64,000 nt of DNA, from IMG/VR virus record IMGVR_UViG_3300042453_001086, positions 96,001 to 160,000 of that record. One strand, given 5' to 3'. Source of the DNA: a virus. A program made the position numbers and the translations under genes. The number at the start of each line of letters is the position of its first letter. Positions within the stretch are counted from its first letter, which is position 1. Under the pieces are notes generated by a model, which did not search any database, was not told the DNA's origin, and worked only from the letters and a program-made list of their open reading frames with translations. Positions 11,301 to 21,600 of this stretch are shown here, piece after piece.

Positions 11301-13757
11301 TAAGGTTCTTACAAATAAAGTTTCCACAGAAGACATTCCATACGAAGAAGAACCCTCGATAATACCATAGGCTCCGCTGCTTAATCCAACTATATACTTG
11401 CCTGGTTCAAAAACATCCGCTGTGATAGGTTCATCAACAATAATCTTGGTGAAGAAAACTGGGTTGAAATAAGATAACTGAAATGTAGTATTGTAAGTTG
11501 GTTGTGATAACAGAGCGGTAGCAGTAGCTCCAGACCCAGTAGTTCCTGTAAATGCTATGGTTGGTGCGGTTATATATCCAGATCCAGGATTGGTTACTTT
11601 GATGGAGATTATTTTACCATCGGCAATAATCGCCTCTCCAGCGGCATTAGCACCACCTCCACCCGTGAACGTTATTCCTGGGGGATTCGATGATGAATAA
11701 CCATTGCCACCGTTAGTAACAACAATAGAAGTTAAACCAGCATTAGCAGAAGATCTTCCTTTTGATAAAATAATATCACTATCTGGATTAAATCCAACCC
11801 CAGATTTAACAAACTTAAAATCTTTTGGTTTTGCTATTCCTACTACTGGTGATATAACAGGATTATAATCTACCACATAACCATATGGGAAAATAGTTTG
11901 TGGCGTTGTGGTCTGGAAAGAATATTGTCTTGCATCAGACTCAGAAAGGAAAAATCTTCTTCTTTTCGTAACATCAGATTCATCATATTCTTTAATCAGT
12001 TGTTGCAAATCACTTTTATTTCCAGCAACAGTTAACTCCAAAAATAGTTGATTGTACTCACCATCTTCATCCACAGAATCTGCGATATCTGGTCTAGCAA
12101 CTATAGAATATGCTAATAACTGAACACTAGAAACTAATGTATCTACTGCTGTAGTTTGTTTTGATTGAATGTACCAAAACTTCTCAAAGTTTCCACCAAC
12201 CAAACCAAAGTCTCCATTATTAGGAAAACTCACTGAAGGATGTTCTTTTTTAAGATAAATGGTCATTACTCCAATATCAGGAGTAAAATATTTCCCTCTA
12301 CGGATTAATGTTTGCTTTTCTAGCGCACCATCAGTCAATGATTCTGTGGAGTTAAATCCTAAACTACCATCATTAAAAACAGAGTTTAGATAAATGGTTG
12401 GATATGCAGTTAGATCTTCTCCCTCTGAGTTTAAGGGAACACTGTTATAAACATTGGTAATCTTATAGGAAGACAATGGATTAATTTTTATTCTATTATC
12501 TTCTTTCTTTAACGTATCTCTTGCTTTACTTACTTCAATATATTTTGTGTTTTTATTTACTATCTCAAATCCCTTAACATATGCTTTTCCAGAACCAATG
12601 CCAGCAACCATCAATCTAGAAGCTTCATCGATCGTTCTAGATACAGTTTCGTTTGTTTCTGGATCTAATGGTCCAGAAACTAGGTTTGTTTCAGTGTTTA
12701 AAGGATAAATGCCGCCATTATCATTCTTTTTATAATACTCTCTCAAATCAACTGGGAAGTTTTCTACAACATAATCCCCAGATTCATCGAACGTTCTTCT
12801 TGCTAAAGTTTCTTCGATGATGCTATAATCATTAGCTTTAACTAATCTTTCAATATTACCATTTCTTAATGAAACTAACTGAATGAAGTTGGGATCTAAA
12901 GTATCATCGTATGAATAAACTTTTAGTTGTAAATCTATTTTTAGTCTATGAGCTCCTGGAGCAGATTCATTCGAGAATCCACGAGCATTATCATAAAGCG
13001 TCACATCTTCATTTGGAGTTATGATAGATTCTAATATTTCAAATCCCACCTTCACTGAAGGTGAGTTATAATACTTATCTACAATAACTAGTTGTTCTTG
13101 ATTTGTAACAAAAAATCCGTTTACGAAATAAACTCCCTGCTGTACTTGAACTGCAGAGGCAAATCCCATTGCAGGACTATCTATTTCCGTGATAGTTTTA
13201 GTATCATAATCTAAAACCCCAATACGATTAGGAAGAGCACTTCCATCCGTACCAACAACTAAAGTAGGAGTATCAGATACTCCTACCACTTCTAGGGTTT
13301 CTCCTTGTCTAAAAGTTTCCTCGTTATTACTATTTCCGCTAGTTAAATATTTTACATAAAGAATATCAGATTCTAACTCATTCCCATATTCAGTGGCAAT
13401 AACTGTTGCCTGAACGCCAGAAGTTAATCCTTGAATAGTAGCATTTCTTAGTAAAGAAATATCATATTTCTGAAATGTTATAACACCATTGATGTTAACA
13501 GCAACTTCAGAAACAGATGATAACTTTACATAGTTTAATCTATTATTGTAGGATACCTCTCCAGGTACTACAAGATCACCTTGTTTGAAAATATGTCTTC
13601 CAAAATTTTCAATCTGATTTTGTAGTATTGACTGTAGGTTATTTAACTCTCTTGTTTGTATAGAATATCCTGGTCGGAATAAGACTCTATAAAACCCTTT
13701 TTCTGACGCAAAATCATCATTATATACTTTATTGTTGAGATTAATATTCTGAGGCAT
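5316..13757 (-). CDS. vrlC: VrlC-like (DUF4815-type) structural/baseplate protein (2813 aa)
   Basis: YRVLFRPGYSIQTRELNNLQSILQNQIE, GAHRLKI, RYTMRDIGKLEKRIERLE motifs; follows gp8. Confidence 0.85.
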   Translation of the reverse strand: MPQNINLNNKVYNDDFASEKGFYRVLFRPGYSIQTRELNNLQSILQNQIENFGRHIFKQGDLVVPGEVSYNNRLNYVKLSSVSEVAVNINGVITFQKYDISLLRNATIQGLTSGVQATVIATEYGNELESDILYVKYLTSGNSNNEETFRQGETLEVVGVSDTPTLVVGTDGSALPNRIGVLDYDTKTITEIDSPAMGFASAVQVQQGVYFVNGFFVTNQEQLVIVDKYYNSPSVKVGFEILESIITPNEDVTLYDNARGFSNESAPGAHRLKIDLQLKVYSYDDTLDPNFIQLVSLRNGNIERLVKANDYSIIEETLARRTFDESGDYVVENFPVDLREYYKKNDNGGIYPLNTETNLVSGPLDPETNETVSRTIDEASRLMVAGIGSGKAYVKGFEIVNKNTKYIEVSKARDTLKKEDNRIKINPLSSYKITNVYNSVPLNSEGEDLTAYPTIYLNSVFNDGSLGFNSTESLTDGALEKQTLIRRGKYFTPDIGVMTIYLKKEHPSVSFPNNGDFGLVGGNFEKFWYIQSKQTTAVDTLVSSVQLLAYSIVARPDIADSVDEDGEYNQLFLELTVAGNKSDLQQLIKEYDESDVTKRRRFFLSESDARQYSFQTTTPQTIFPYGYVVDYNPVISPVVGIAKPKDFKFVKSGVGFNPDSDIILSKGRSSANAGLTSIVVTNGGNGYSSSNPPGITFTGGGGANAAGEAIIADGKIISIKVTNPGSGYITAPTIAFTGTTGSGATATALLSQPTYNTTFQLSYFNPVFFTKIIVDEPITADVFEPGKYIVGLSSGAYGIIEGSSSYGMSSVETLFVRTLSGQFRPGETITDEIGNSRRIARENTLSHIIVKERGGGYSSNSTVLLNGVQYSDNAIRISLLGSSVYKINVLDRNLVSETYTSPPILNINSSTTPTTYAKLTPVLYRNTVVNYSAENVKSIHSTFGVGNSNTFTCDVVNQDISYFVPKTLTDFTFFGSKGSQYIECSGFSGDPSNDLIQGDIIQFTDSNNKLVRSVVQYVTKPGSLIRSRVYLDGVLTENVTASNVIRIRPKIDNATNSSLIIPAGAKNLKSIEETSADSKIKYYFRRDFVTTASTSGGGLTFAAQLPFGTQRFVSFSQEAFLLTVLDKRGATTVETGDIIYLTSDKVVIANSTDDSTGLTAGSVTVNLPLNFFGTSTNFPKIKLTATVEVSKARARLKTAVKNRRIVIASPGDRVIPLRGYDYDSDSNDILTYSDAYRLIKIYEGSITAPPSVDSAGNLVSGIDITDRFTFDDGQRDTLYDVSRIVLKPGFDPPNGQLLVTFDYFEHSQGDFCTIDSYTHESGLPLDEIPYFNSTVYGRVALRDVIDFRPKVDSTAIISGYQDTSLLSVEDSTSFIRSGGIISSTPAVDSNIEYTISFNTNQYLDRIDGIYLNKKGDFFVKEGNSSLNPTKPSDIEDSIPLYYAYIPAYTLSPVDVRIIPVDNRRYTMRDIGKLEKRIERLEEYTLLSMLEQQALNMQIKDDLGLDRFKSGFAVDNFQNHAFGNVASLSYKCAIDTQQSVLRATSRETSLRLKEVNTREDQRFFSGYKKSGDVLTLPYSDTSFIGNNFATTTTNINPFVVLQYVGDAFISPSADQWYDEKSQPIILDNDSKIFSVFYSKNDSRLGYESIYNNFIVNWIGANRVFFTTNALSSLSSETSLANTVSATVATSSNISPQNNESGRGTGSTYINPICRSNAIFFVLQRMKPNSQFYVFMDNKNIDRWVAQDYDFTGIGGNSVGPFTDVAFPSITTDANGNASGLLIIPNGLPPQPLSSWGGSLDSIVYDTSEQTGVPNSLKFTTGIKTIRFTTSVDGKNDSSVDSYTEVNYYATGALPQQPSSIVSTYPAKFRSDEGVQTVGGASVKPNPISQSFKIENTPGGVFVTGMDLFFNKKSSSIPVKVYLTNIESGKPGNYVVPGSESVLLPDTYIKVYTNGVLKITKGENAVGQVSGASGPLKTVIDRNGAELPVDTQNRFTLNNDQVYTVVLSNHNGVDFKQNENLLFTSLTSFNATSNTDLKVTTAKDSGRITGLYIKNMGSGYETVNLTIESPQLPGGAVATASGKCYDGNVFESSLIINGSGYTEAPSVIITGTGTAPSGAVIESILTIDTPAIRMGVAVDPGSDIATDSTTPTKFKFEYPVYLQNNTEYAFVVESDSIDYSIWTSELGQTEVSTNSAVTSQPLLGSVFRSQNINTWVEDIFEDIKFTIYRAQFDTSKTAIIELTNEDLGYELLDPNPIETDSSASTNATSELFKNNKSIVKINHRHNGFEDSGKSYVSFKNAQTIAGISDDYLNNSFFKVYNSGSNFYNIKSEIPATSTLFGGGSTVKASYNKKFEKSYAQIGFLSFDNTTVLSSIKTTNIVPVDSGSVTYSTYSQSLDNNGYERTFLNEEHFFDNQKVVMSRLNELKNQTITEKSLSYKIEMSSTSSFLSPVVDLRLCSVKLINNIIEKPSGYENRYGRRDQVLKFYPVYRFQITSQNPLNIDVGSPSVPAIVTGFTSKAVGTIVKLDSGQLYVKMSTDTLFQPSENLIFRNNPTDTSVFVGSASPIEVVPEFVVGTDVVAIEKTDVEKTYTGLIQGKIINWDSSRRELTVSNNKKPLNDNYTSAATFGSIYARKDTSVATQEADIFRVGDLLSYQGIVSGTESFTEIKQIDYTPGVLYVPDTSTNNTSSLAEYTTKEIVIENGSTSVDVRLTANVFNSDDILVYYKTKDVSSQYNFDDLDWTPFNQSGEPDVPVLPSSDNTIAAYLESQSSYKEYKYSVSGLNEFSSYGVKIVMRSSQPVFVPKVQDVRIVASY

Positions 13758-13799
13758 TTTACAAACTTCTAACGGTTAATAGTATAGTTGAATAATATA

Positions 13800-15566
13800 T
13801 CAAAACTCAATAACTAGTTTAATATCTTCAATTTGGTCTGGAGCTCTTGAAATAGTTCTTCTGTTTTCTAAGTATAGAATCTCACCAGAACGAGGTTGAA
13901 CTTCTGGTAAAGCAATGCCATTCTCAAAGTTAACACCTAAAACATCAGTGTCATATGATGTATCTACTGTACCTGAAATACCCGAACCCCCCAGCTCAAC
14001 TGGAGCTGAAACGGCGTTTGCTCCGTTAGAAGCAAATCTTCTCACTACACCAGTAGAATCTCTGTGGAAATCGGAACTTTGGAAATATTTCAACACACCA
14101 GAAGTTGTACTATTTTCATCCAGAACCCATGAAACAACGGTTCCATAAGCAGTTCCACCAGTAACAGTTTGCTGGATAGTTTCATCTTGAATAAAATCAC
14201 CAGAAACATTAGTCAACTTAACTGCATATAGGCATTGAGCAGTATCTGCTAATAGTGTAGAAGATGATTGATAAACTTTAGGATCAGCAACAATACCAAT
14301 TCTTCTAAAATCATTATCGATTGGGAAATCGCCTTGCCCTTCAGCATAAGTCAAACGAACATTGAGCATAACTCTCTTCGAGTTCAACTCATTGATTAAA
14401 TCTGCTCCATGTCCACCCTGAGGAGGGATAATAACATCTAAATCGCCTTGAACGTTACTTACGCCAGTTGCGAGAGTCGATAAATCTTGGGAAGTGTAAA
14501 TAAATGCGGGATCAATAATAACGCTTGCATATGAATAGTCAGATCCAGATGCCACTACTTCTACCGATGAAATTGCGGCAGAAGCATTTGTCATTATCTT
14601 TACTTTTCCGCCAGTACCATCTCCGCGAACAGGGGAGTAGAAAGTGGAAGATTGTGGCCATCCAGACCCAGCATCTCTAACTAAAACAGTTGAAATACCG
14701 CCATCAACAACTGCTGGTCCATTATATGTACAGATAGGCATGAAATCTGTAGATAAGAAACGGATTACATCATCTGTTGGGATAGTATATAGATATTTCC
14801 AAGAATAGTTGCCATTTGGTTCGGTATAAACACCAGTAGTTCCATTATATGTACCTTCACCTTGTTGTAAGAATGCACTGGTTTTTGGTTCGTAGGTGAC
14901 ATTCGCGCCACTACCATTTGTTAGGCAAACAAAAACTTCATAGTGTCTATTTTTACAGAAATATTTTGCATCCTTGAGAGCAGTTGCGCCAGTAGCAGAT
15001 GGATTTTTTACGGAATAGTCAGGTCTCCAAATATCAAAAATTGGATTTACGATTGGATCATAATCATATCTTCTGATTACAGGTCTACCATATGAAGAGG
15101 TGATTCTCTTCATTGCAATCATATCATCATATACAGTATACTTATCTTCCTGGTTATCAAATGGAAGGATAGGAATCTCGTCAGTTGCAAAACGATAAAC
15201 ACCAGTTTTACACTGAGCTCCTGAAGTAGCACCTTTTAGTGTAGAAGCATTTACGGGAAGAGCATTGACAGTTGGACCAATATTATAAAGTAATAGACTG
15301 TTTTGATAAACTGCGGCTACTTTTGCTTTGAAGACGGCATTTGCTAATCCTGGAGTAACTCCATCTATATAAACAAACTCGTTTACTTCAAAACTGGAAG
15401 AATTTTGAGAATAAATCTCTAAGTATGAATACCATCTTTCTGGTCTGCCCAAAAAGAAGTACATTTTTGAGCGGTCTGAAGAAGAATCTGTAGTTCCCTC
15501 GGAAAGAGATTCTAAAAACTGCTTCGCGTTAAATATTCTAAACTTATCAGAAATAATTGGTGCCAT
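13800..15566 (-). CDS. gp8: Baseplate wedge subunit gp8
   Basis: MAPIISDKFRIFNA start, WKYLYTIP, C-terminal EILYLENR..QIEDIKLVIEF. Confidence 0.9.
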   Translation of the reverse strand: MAPIISDKFRIFNAKQFLESLSEGTTDSSSDRSKMYFFLGRPERWYSYLEIYSQNSSSFEVNEFVYIDGVTPGLANAVFKAKVAAVYQNSLLLYNIGPTVNALPVNASTLKGATSGAQCKTGVYRFATDEIPILPFDNQEDKYTVYDDMIAMKRITSSYGRPVIRRYDYDPIVNPIFDIWRPDYSVKNPSATGATALKDAKYFCKNRHYEVFVCLTNGSGANVTYEPKTSAFLQQGEGTYNGTTGVYTEPNGNYSWKYLYTIPTDDVIRFLSTDFMPICTYNGPAVVDGGISTVLVRDAGSGWPQSSTFYSPVRGDGTGGKVKIMTNASAAISSVEVVASGSDYSYASVIIDPAFIYTSQDLSTLATGVSNVQGDLDVIIPPQGGHGADLINELNSKRVMLNVRLTYAEGQGDFPIDNDFRRIGIVADPKVYQSSSTLLADTAQCLYAVKLTNVSGDFIQDETIQQTVTGGTAYGTVVSWVLDENSTTSGVLKYFQSSDFHRDSTGVVRRFASNGANAVSAPVELGGSGISGTVDTSYDTDVLGVNFENGIALPEVQPRSGEILYLENRRTISRAPDQIEDIKLVIEF

Positions 15567-15602
15567 TTCTTGCTAATCTCTCGTAAGTTGGTAGGTTCTG
15601 TT

Positions 15603-15610
15603 TATTTATA
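15603..15610 (-). promoter_or_regulatory. T4-type late promoter TATAAATA
   Basis: Exact motif between gp7 stop and gp8 start. Confidence 0.8.
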
Positions 15611-15619
15611 TTTATACTG

Positions 15620-18600
15620 CTATTCCACAACAAAACTGCCTGTTCTTGTTAAAACAAGGTTTGTTGTGATATCTGAATATGTGTTCTGGAAAGTGTAAAA
15701 ATAACCTGGAAGTGAATATGATACAGAATCAATAATAGTGGTGAAATAAAACTCCATGTCTTCTGTAAATGTCCTCAAATAATCTCCAGCAGTATGTTGT
15801 TGAGGCATAGTGCCATTCATACCTCTAGTAATATTTAAGAAACGATCTGATAACTTACTTGCATAAAATACAACTTCATCTCCTATCAACAATGCTCCGC
15901 TATCGGGAAATGGTGTGGTTGGATTATTTTCACCTGAAATATAAACTACAGAATCAGTTTCATTTATAGAGATGCCCAAAAATGCTCCATATTCAGTTAC
16001 ACTATCTCTACCAAACATCCAGTATTCTTTAGATTGTGAGTAGTTAGATTCTGAGTTGATTTCAAAATCTTCAATAGTTAAAGTTGGGTGAGCATTTTCC
16101 AGCATTTCCAAAGTCAATGCGGATGAAGTATTATACCCAACTGCAGCATTTTGCAAACCATTGAAATCATAATAACCCAATGGAGCGCCTAACTGATATT
16201 GAGTGTATTCTACAGAATAGTTTTCATCTCCATAAGAATCAACAGCTCCACTTATTATATTAGCGGTTTTTATGCAAGAAGTTTCGTAAGAAGAAATACT
16301 TGTAACGTCTTGCAATGGAGTTTCTAGATGTATTCTGATAATAGAATAGATATCACTATACGAAGAAATATCCGCACTGAGATTCATTATTACGTTTACT
16401 CTTGTCTCTTTCCACCCAAACTCATTTCCAGTATCGACCTTAGGTTGTATAATATTAGTTCCTAAGTGTGCAGTTGATAGTGGAGAAACAAAAGGTATTG
16501 ATGTATTGTAAATATTTGGTTTTAATGTTGGGATTATTACTGTTACAGTATTTGATAACTTGAGACCTGGAACTAGATAGGTTTCTAACCCCAGTTTGAA
16601 GTATGCTGTAGTTAGATTTTTTTCGGATTTAAGAATATCATATCCATAAGTAACATATACCTTTGGAGGCGTTAAGTATCCACTGCCACCAGAAAGAAGA
16701 ACTAAATCTATAACTTCTCCATTGTGAAGGATAGCAAAAGCTCTAGCACCACCACCTTGGGATGGGGATGTAATAGATCCACCTTCATCTAAAACTGGTT
16801 GAGGAACAAACATCAACTCAGGTAAATCCTCGTAACCATATGCATTTGGTTGTGGGAACACTTTAGTTTGAACATAATCATTGTAATCTTTTTTGTTCCA
16901 TGTCAAAGAAATAATTTGACCATATGTGGGGGATGTGGGATCTGTGTCAACTTCTGGTAGGATAGTTAAACCCTCACCTCGCTGTGGTTTATTGTAAGAT
17001 GATACCTCAATCTTTCCGTAATAACTAGTGTTTACATCATCATTATCTCTGTATTGTGTTTTATACGCTTCTGTTGGAGTAGATCTGACGGTTCTAAAGT
17101 CTTCTTCTCCATCAATTTTTATTAAATCATCTACTTCAATATTGTCATCATATATTGGTTTTAAGGAAGTACCTTGTAACCATCCTGGTTTAGATTTATC
17201 GATGATTTCTAAAGTTTGATCATTTTCTCTAAACTCATCTACAGATAAAACTTTAAAATCAGAAATATAAACATCAATATCACCATAGTTTCCTCTAATC
17301 TGTCTCACTATCAAGGCGTAACCAGATTCTATCTTTTTATTGATAGAAGATTCAACTGTTATTACATAGTTTGTATTTTCTTTGCTAATTTTAGCAACTC
17401 TTCCGCTAGATATCACATTAAACTGTTCGTCTACGGCATCTATGACAGCATTTACATATTGACCATAACCATAGTTCAAGTCAACTTGAAATGCGTTAAC
17501 TGTTATATTATATCGATTAAAAAATGGAGTATCTTCAAATCCGAAAGCTGTTGCAAACTTTTGAAAATCTCTGCCATATAAGTAAACTATGTCAATTTTG
17601 CTATCTGGTTTCAATGATTCTTTAAATGTGATTGTAGAACCATTAACGTCATAAGATTTTAATCTTCTCTGCAAGACATTATCCACAAAAACAAATAGAT
17701 TTCTATCATCATCAATAAAAACACTTTTTCTATCGACAACTGATCTTAAAATAAATGGACCCGTTTTTTTAGATTCGATTAAATATTGATCAATCCCAAG
17801 TGGTAGATAGTTACCAACTCTATACGCAAAGAATGATTGTGGAACACCTTCTTGTATTAATGGTGGTTCTGTAAATACAATAACATTTGGTGTGACTGTT
17901 TTTCTTATATAATAAGATCTCTTGAGTGGTATTAATGGAGTAACACCAGGAACCTGTAAGACACCATCTAAAGAAACGAAAAGATTGTCATTTGCATCTA
18001 AAACAACAGGAGTATTATCTTCATAATAGAGATCAAATTCTGTTTGCACTCCATTAAACTGAGTAGAAATACTCTTTATTTTCTTGAAATATTGTGTGTT
18101 TAGTTGCGAATCTTTAAATCCAACATATCTACCAATAAAAAACTGAGACTTAGTATCAACACCTTCTCGATACTGGGACAGAGAAATTGGATCTCCAAAA
18201 ACATCTCTATATCCCAGCGGTGCCTGACTAAATGTAATCTGAGTTCCAGAAACAGTATATGCTAATCCTGGCTCTTGTAAGATACCATCTAAAGTTACAA
18301 TCAAGTTGTGTACATTAGAAACATTCAATGGTAGATTAGAACTACGCAACTTCATTGTAAATGTTTTTGTTCCAGAACGATTACCGTTGGCATCAAAATA
18401 TCCGTTAAAATCTGGAGTTAAGTAAAAATCATACGATAAAGTTTCTGAAGAATCATATTGAAGAGGTACGATAGATCCTTTTCCACGGAACTGATTTATA
18501 TTTGTAGTTTGTGCGATAATCTCTGTAACTTTAGTTGTGCTACTTTGTAGAGTAACTCTGCGGTCTAAAGATTCGTCGTCCCATAACTGCAGTAATCTAA

Positions 18601-21600
18601 CCGAACTAATGGAAGTTGGATTTTGGATGAACGAAGCATTGCCAGTTGATATAATATTGAGTTCTCCAAAACTTATAAAACCAGCTGGATGTGTAGTTTC
18701 TTTGATGGTGTTACGCCAATCATTTATTTGACTATTCGATTCAATCACATACGAATAATCTTGATAGAAATATGAATCTGCCAATCTCTGAGACAAAGAT
18801 CCTAACTTAGACCTATCAGACGAATAATAACCAATATTATTATAATAAGACTTGATGTTTGGTTCTAATGTTCCTCTAAAAACTTTAGAAACTATAGCTT
18901 CAGATTTTCTAATGCTTCCAATGATAGACAATCCTGAAATAAATGTTCCATCTATGTTTTCTACCTTCAAAATATTTGATCCTGATTTCCAACCAAGTTT
19001 AGATACTAAACCTCTCGCAACTTCTATCTCACCATCATATTGAATGATAGTTTCGTTTTCTAAGAATCCTCCATCAAAATCTTTTAGAATCAAGAATGCT
19101 GGTGTATAGAATGATCTTTGAATGGATTTATCATTATTGAAAGATTTTCCATTATTTGATATTTTTAAACTCTTTATAGTACCAATATCATTACTATAGC
19201 AATACATTTCAACATCTGATTCAATAATTTTTACTTCTGGTTTAAAGGTATAATCAACACCTCTATTTTCAACAACAATCGAAGCAATAGATCCATTATT
19301 ATCTGTGGTTATTTTAAACGAAGCAAATCTACCATCACCATTCGTTACAACAGCAATCGGATTCACGTAACCTTTTCCAGGATTTGTTATTATCAATGAA
19401 GCGACGTTTTTAGAAACTGAACTCCAGTTCACATCAACAACACACTCATATGCAGAATTAGGTGCAACACCAACAACTGTTGGTAGTAAAGAAAATCCAG
19501 ATCCAGAGTTTGTAATATTTACAGATTTTATTTTTCCGACAGCAGTTCTAGAAGATGTTATGTATTTCATAAATCCAGAACCATCATATAATGGAACTGT
19601 ATTTAAATCATACACAAAACTTGTGTCTGTCACATATGTGACAACTTTAGATCCCTGTAAAGGATCTGGTACTAACTTGACAAACCCATTATCAGTAACT
19701 GTAAGTCCAGATTTATCAAAATAAAAATAATTTCCGTATTCTACTGGTTTTTTAGTTGAAGTATTGTTTGGATCTAACTGTTCACCATATCCAGTTTTTA
19801 TTATCAAATAAGAACCTGGATATCCAGGAAGGATATTATTTTTTGTTACATTATTTGCAATAATATTATAGTTTCCACTAGGAGAAAACTCCAACGAAGA
19901 CCCAATCATCGAAAAATGATCGGTTGTAAACTTGTAAGTATAATATGTCTGGGCATCTATAACAGGATTCTTTATCCAGTTGATCCCATCTAAAGAGAAC
20001 TCAAATCTATAAGATGGTTCTTCGATGATGTCCGATACTGTTACAATTTTTGCAGGAGAACTTTGGTCAAAAAATGTCATATCTGACATCAGTTTGTTGA
20101 TAGCAGATAATGGAATGTTTATATCAAAATATACTTCTAATGTTTGTGTTTTTTTATCATATACATTAACAAAAGGAGATCCTGTCTGAAATCCTACACG
20201 GTATCCTTGATTCAGAGTAAAAGCAGATTGATTTACAGTGACTACGGAAAGATCCGAATGATTTTGTAAAATAGTATCATCTACAGATCTTTCAACTGTT
20301 ACTGAGCTTTCATTGGCATTGATTGTCAACACTTTCATTAGTTCATCATTAATTTTTATCGTATCATTTACTGATAACGACTCTACATCAGTTAAAAATA
20401 CTTTTGTATTAGAAAGATGCAATCCAACATGATCCACTTCACCCAGAAATGATCTTGTATTAGAAGAATTTATAGGTCTGCCTATTGCGGACGCATTTAT
20501 GGTTAAAATATCTCCTTTTTTATAGTTTTTTCCTTTTGAAGTTATAACTACAGAAGTCACTATTCCATTTGTTATATTAACTGTCGCCTTTGCGTTATTT
20601 TCATTGTTTGGACTCCCCACCAATATTTTTCCTTCGAGTTGTCTACATAAGGATTGATCGGCAAATATTAACTCAACATTGTTGTATGACGCATTTCCTC
20701 CATTAGCATAATCTCCTTCTGGATTTGCATTTCCGTTCTGATCATAAACATAGTACCCACCGCCATTTAATAGTTTTAGCGAACCAACTCCACTATCTTT
20801 AATATTTTTGGTTATATTTAATGATGGTAACTTTACTTTTTGGTATATTCTTCTTCTTACTTGATACGTAGTTGTGGTCTGAGTGTCATTTGGATTTATA
20901 TCTACTATTACAGTATCTCCTTCCGTGAGAAGGTGATTTTCATCAGTTGTTACGATTGCGATCTTATCATTTATTTCTGATATCTCTATGTTATTATGTA
21001 AATATCTAATAACCGATATTTTTGAGTTAGAAGTGTCAAATACATTAGAACTTCTTATCAAATATTCCTGATCAACGATAAACTCTCCTCGCAAAACTTT
21101 AACTATTAAAGTATTCCCATCGATTAGTGATTGCAGAACTTCTCCTTTAGCTTGCTCACTTAAAATCAATGATCCAGGGGGAGTTAATACAGTAGATAAA
21201 GATACTGGTGTTCCATTTTCTGTTTGAGATACTTGGAATGTGGTTGCTTCTGCATTCACAACAAAATATGGCGTGTCTAATAAAATATTACTAAAAGATT
21301 TGGTGAAAATAACTCTTTCTCCATTTTCAAATGGATTTCTTGCCAATACTACTTTGTTATTCTCTACTTTTTCAACACCAGCCTGTTTACCATTGGATAA
21401 AGTTACAATAGATCCAGAAGCAAACGACGAAGATCTATCCAACAATAAAGATGCTACTACAATATTACTGAATAGTTTATCAGTAGAAGTAAATGTTCCG
21501 TTTACTTCTTTTAAAACAATATTAGTATCATTTATAACATTGCCAAGCACAGTACCATATGCATTTGTGTTTTCTTGGTATAAAGTAGAATCCGCAAACA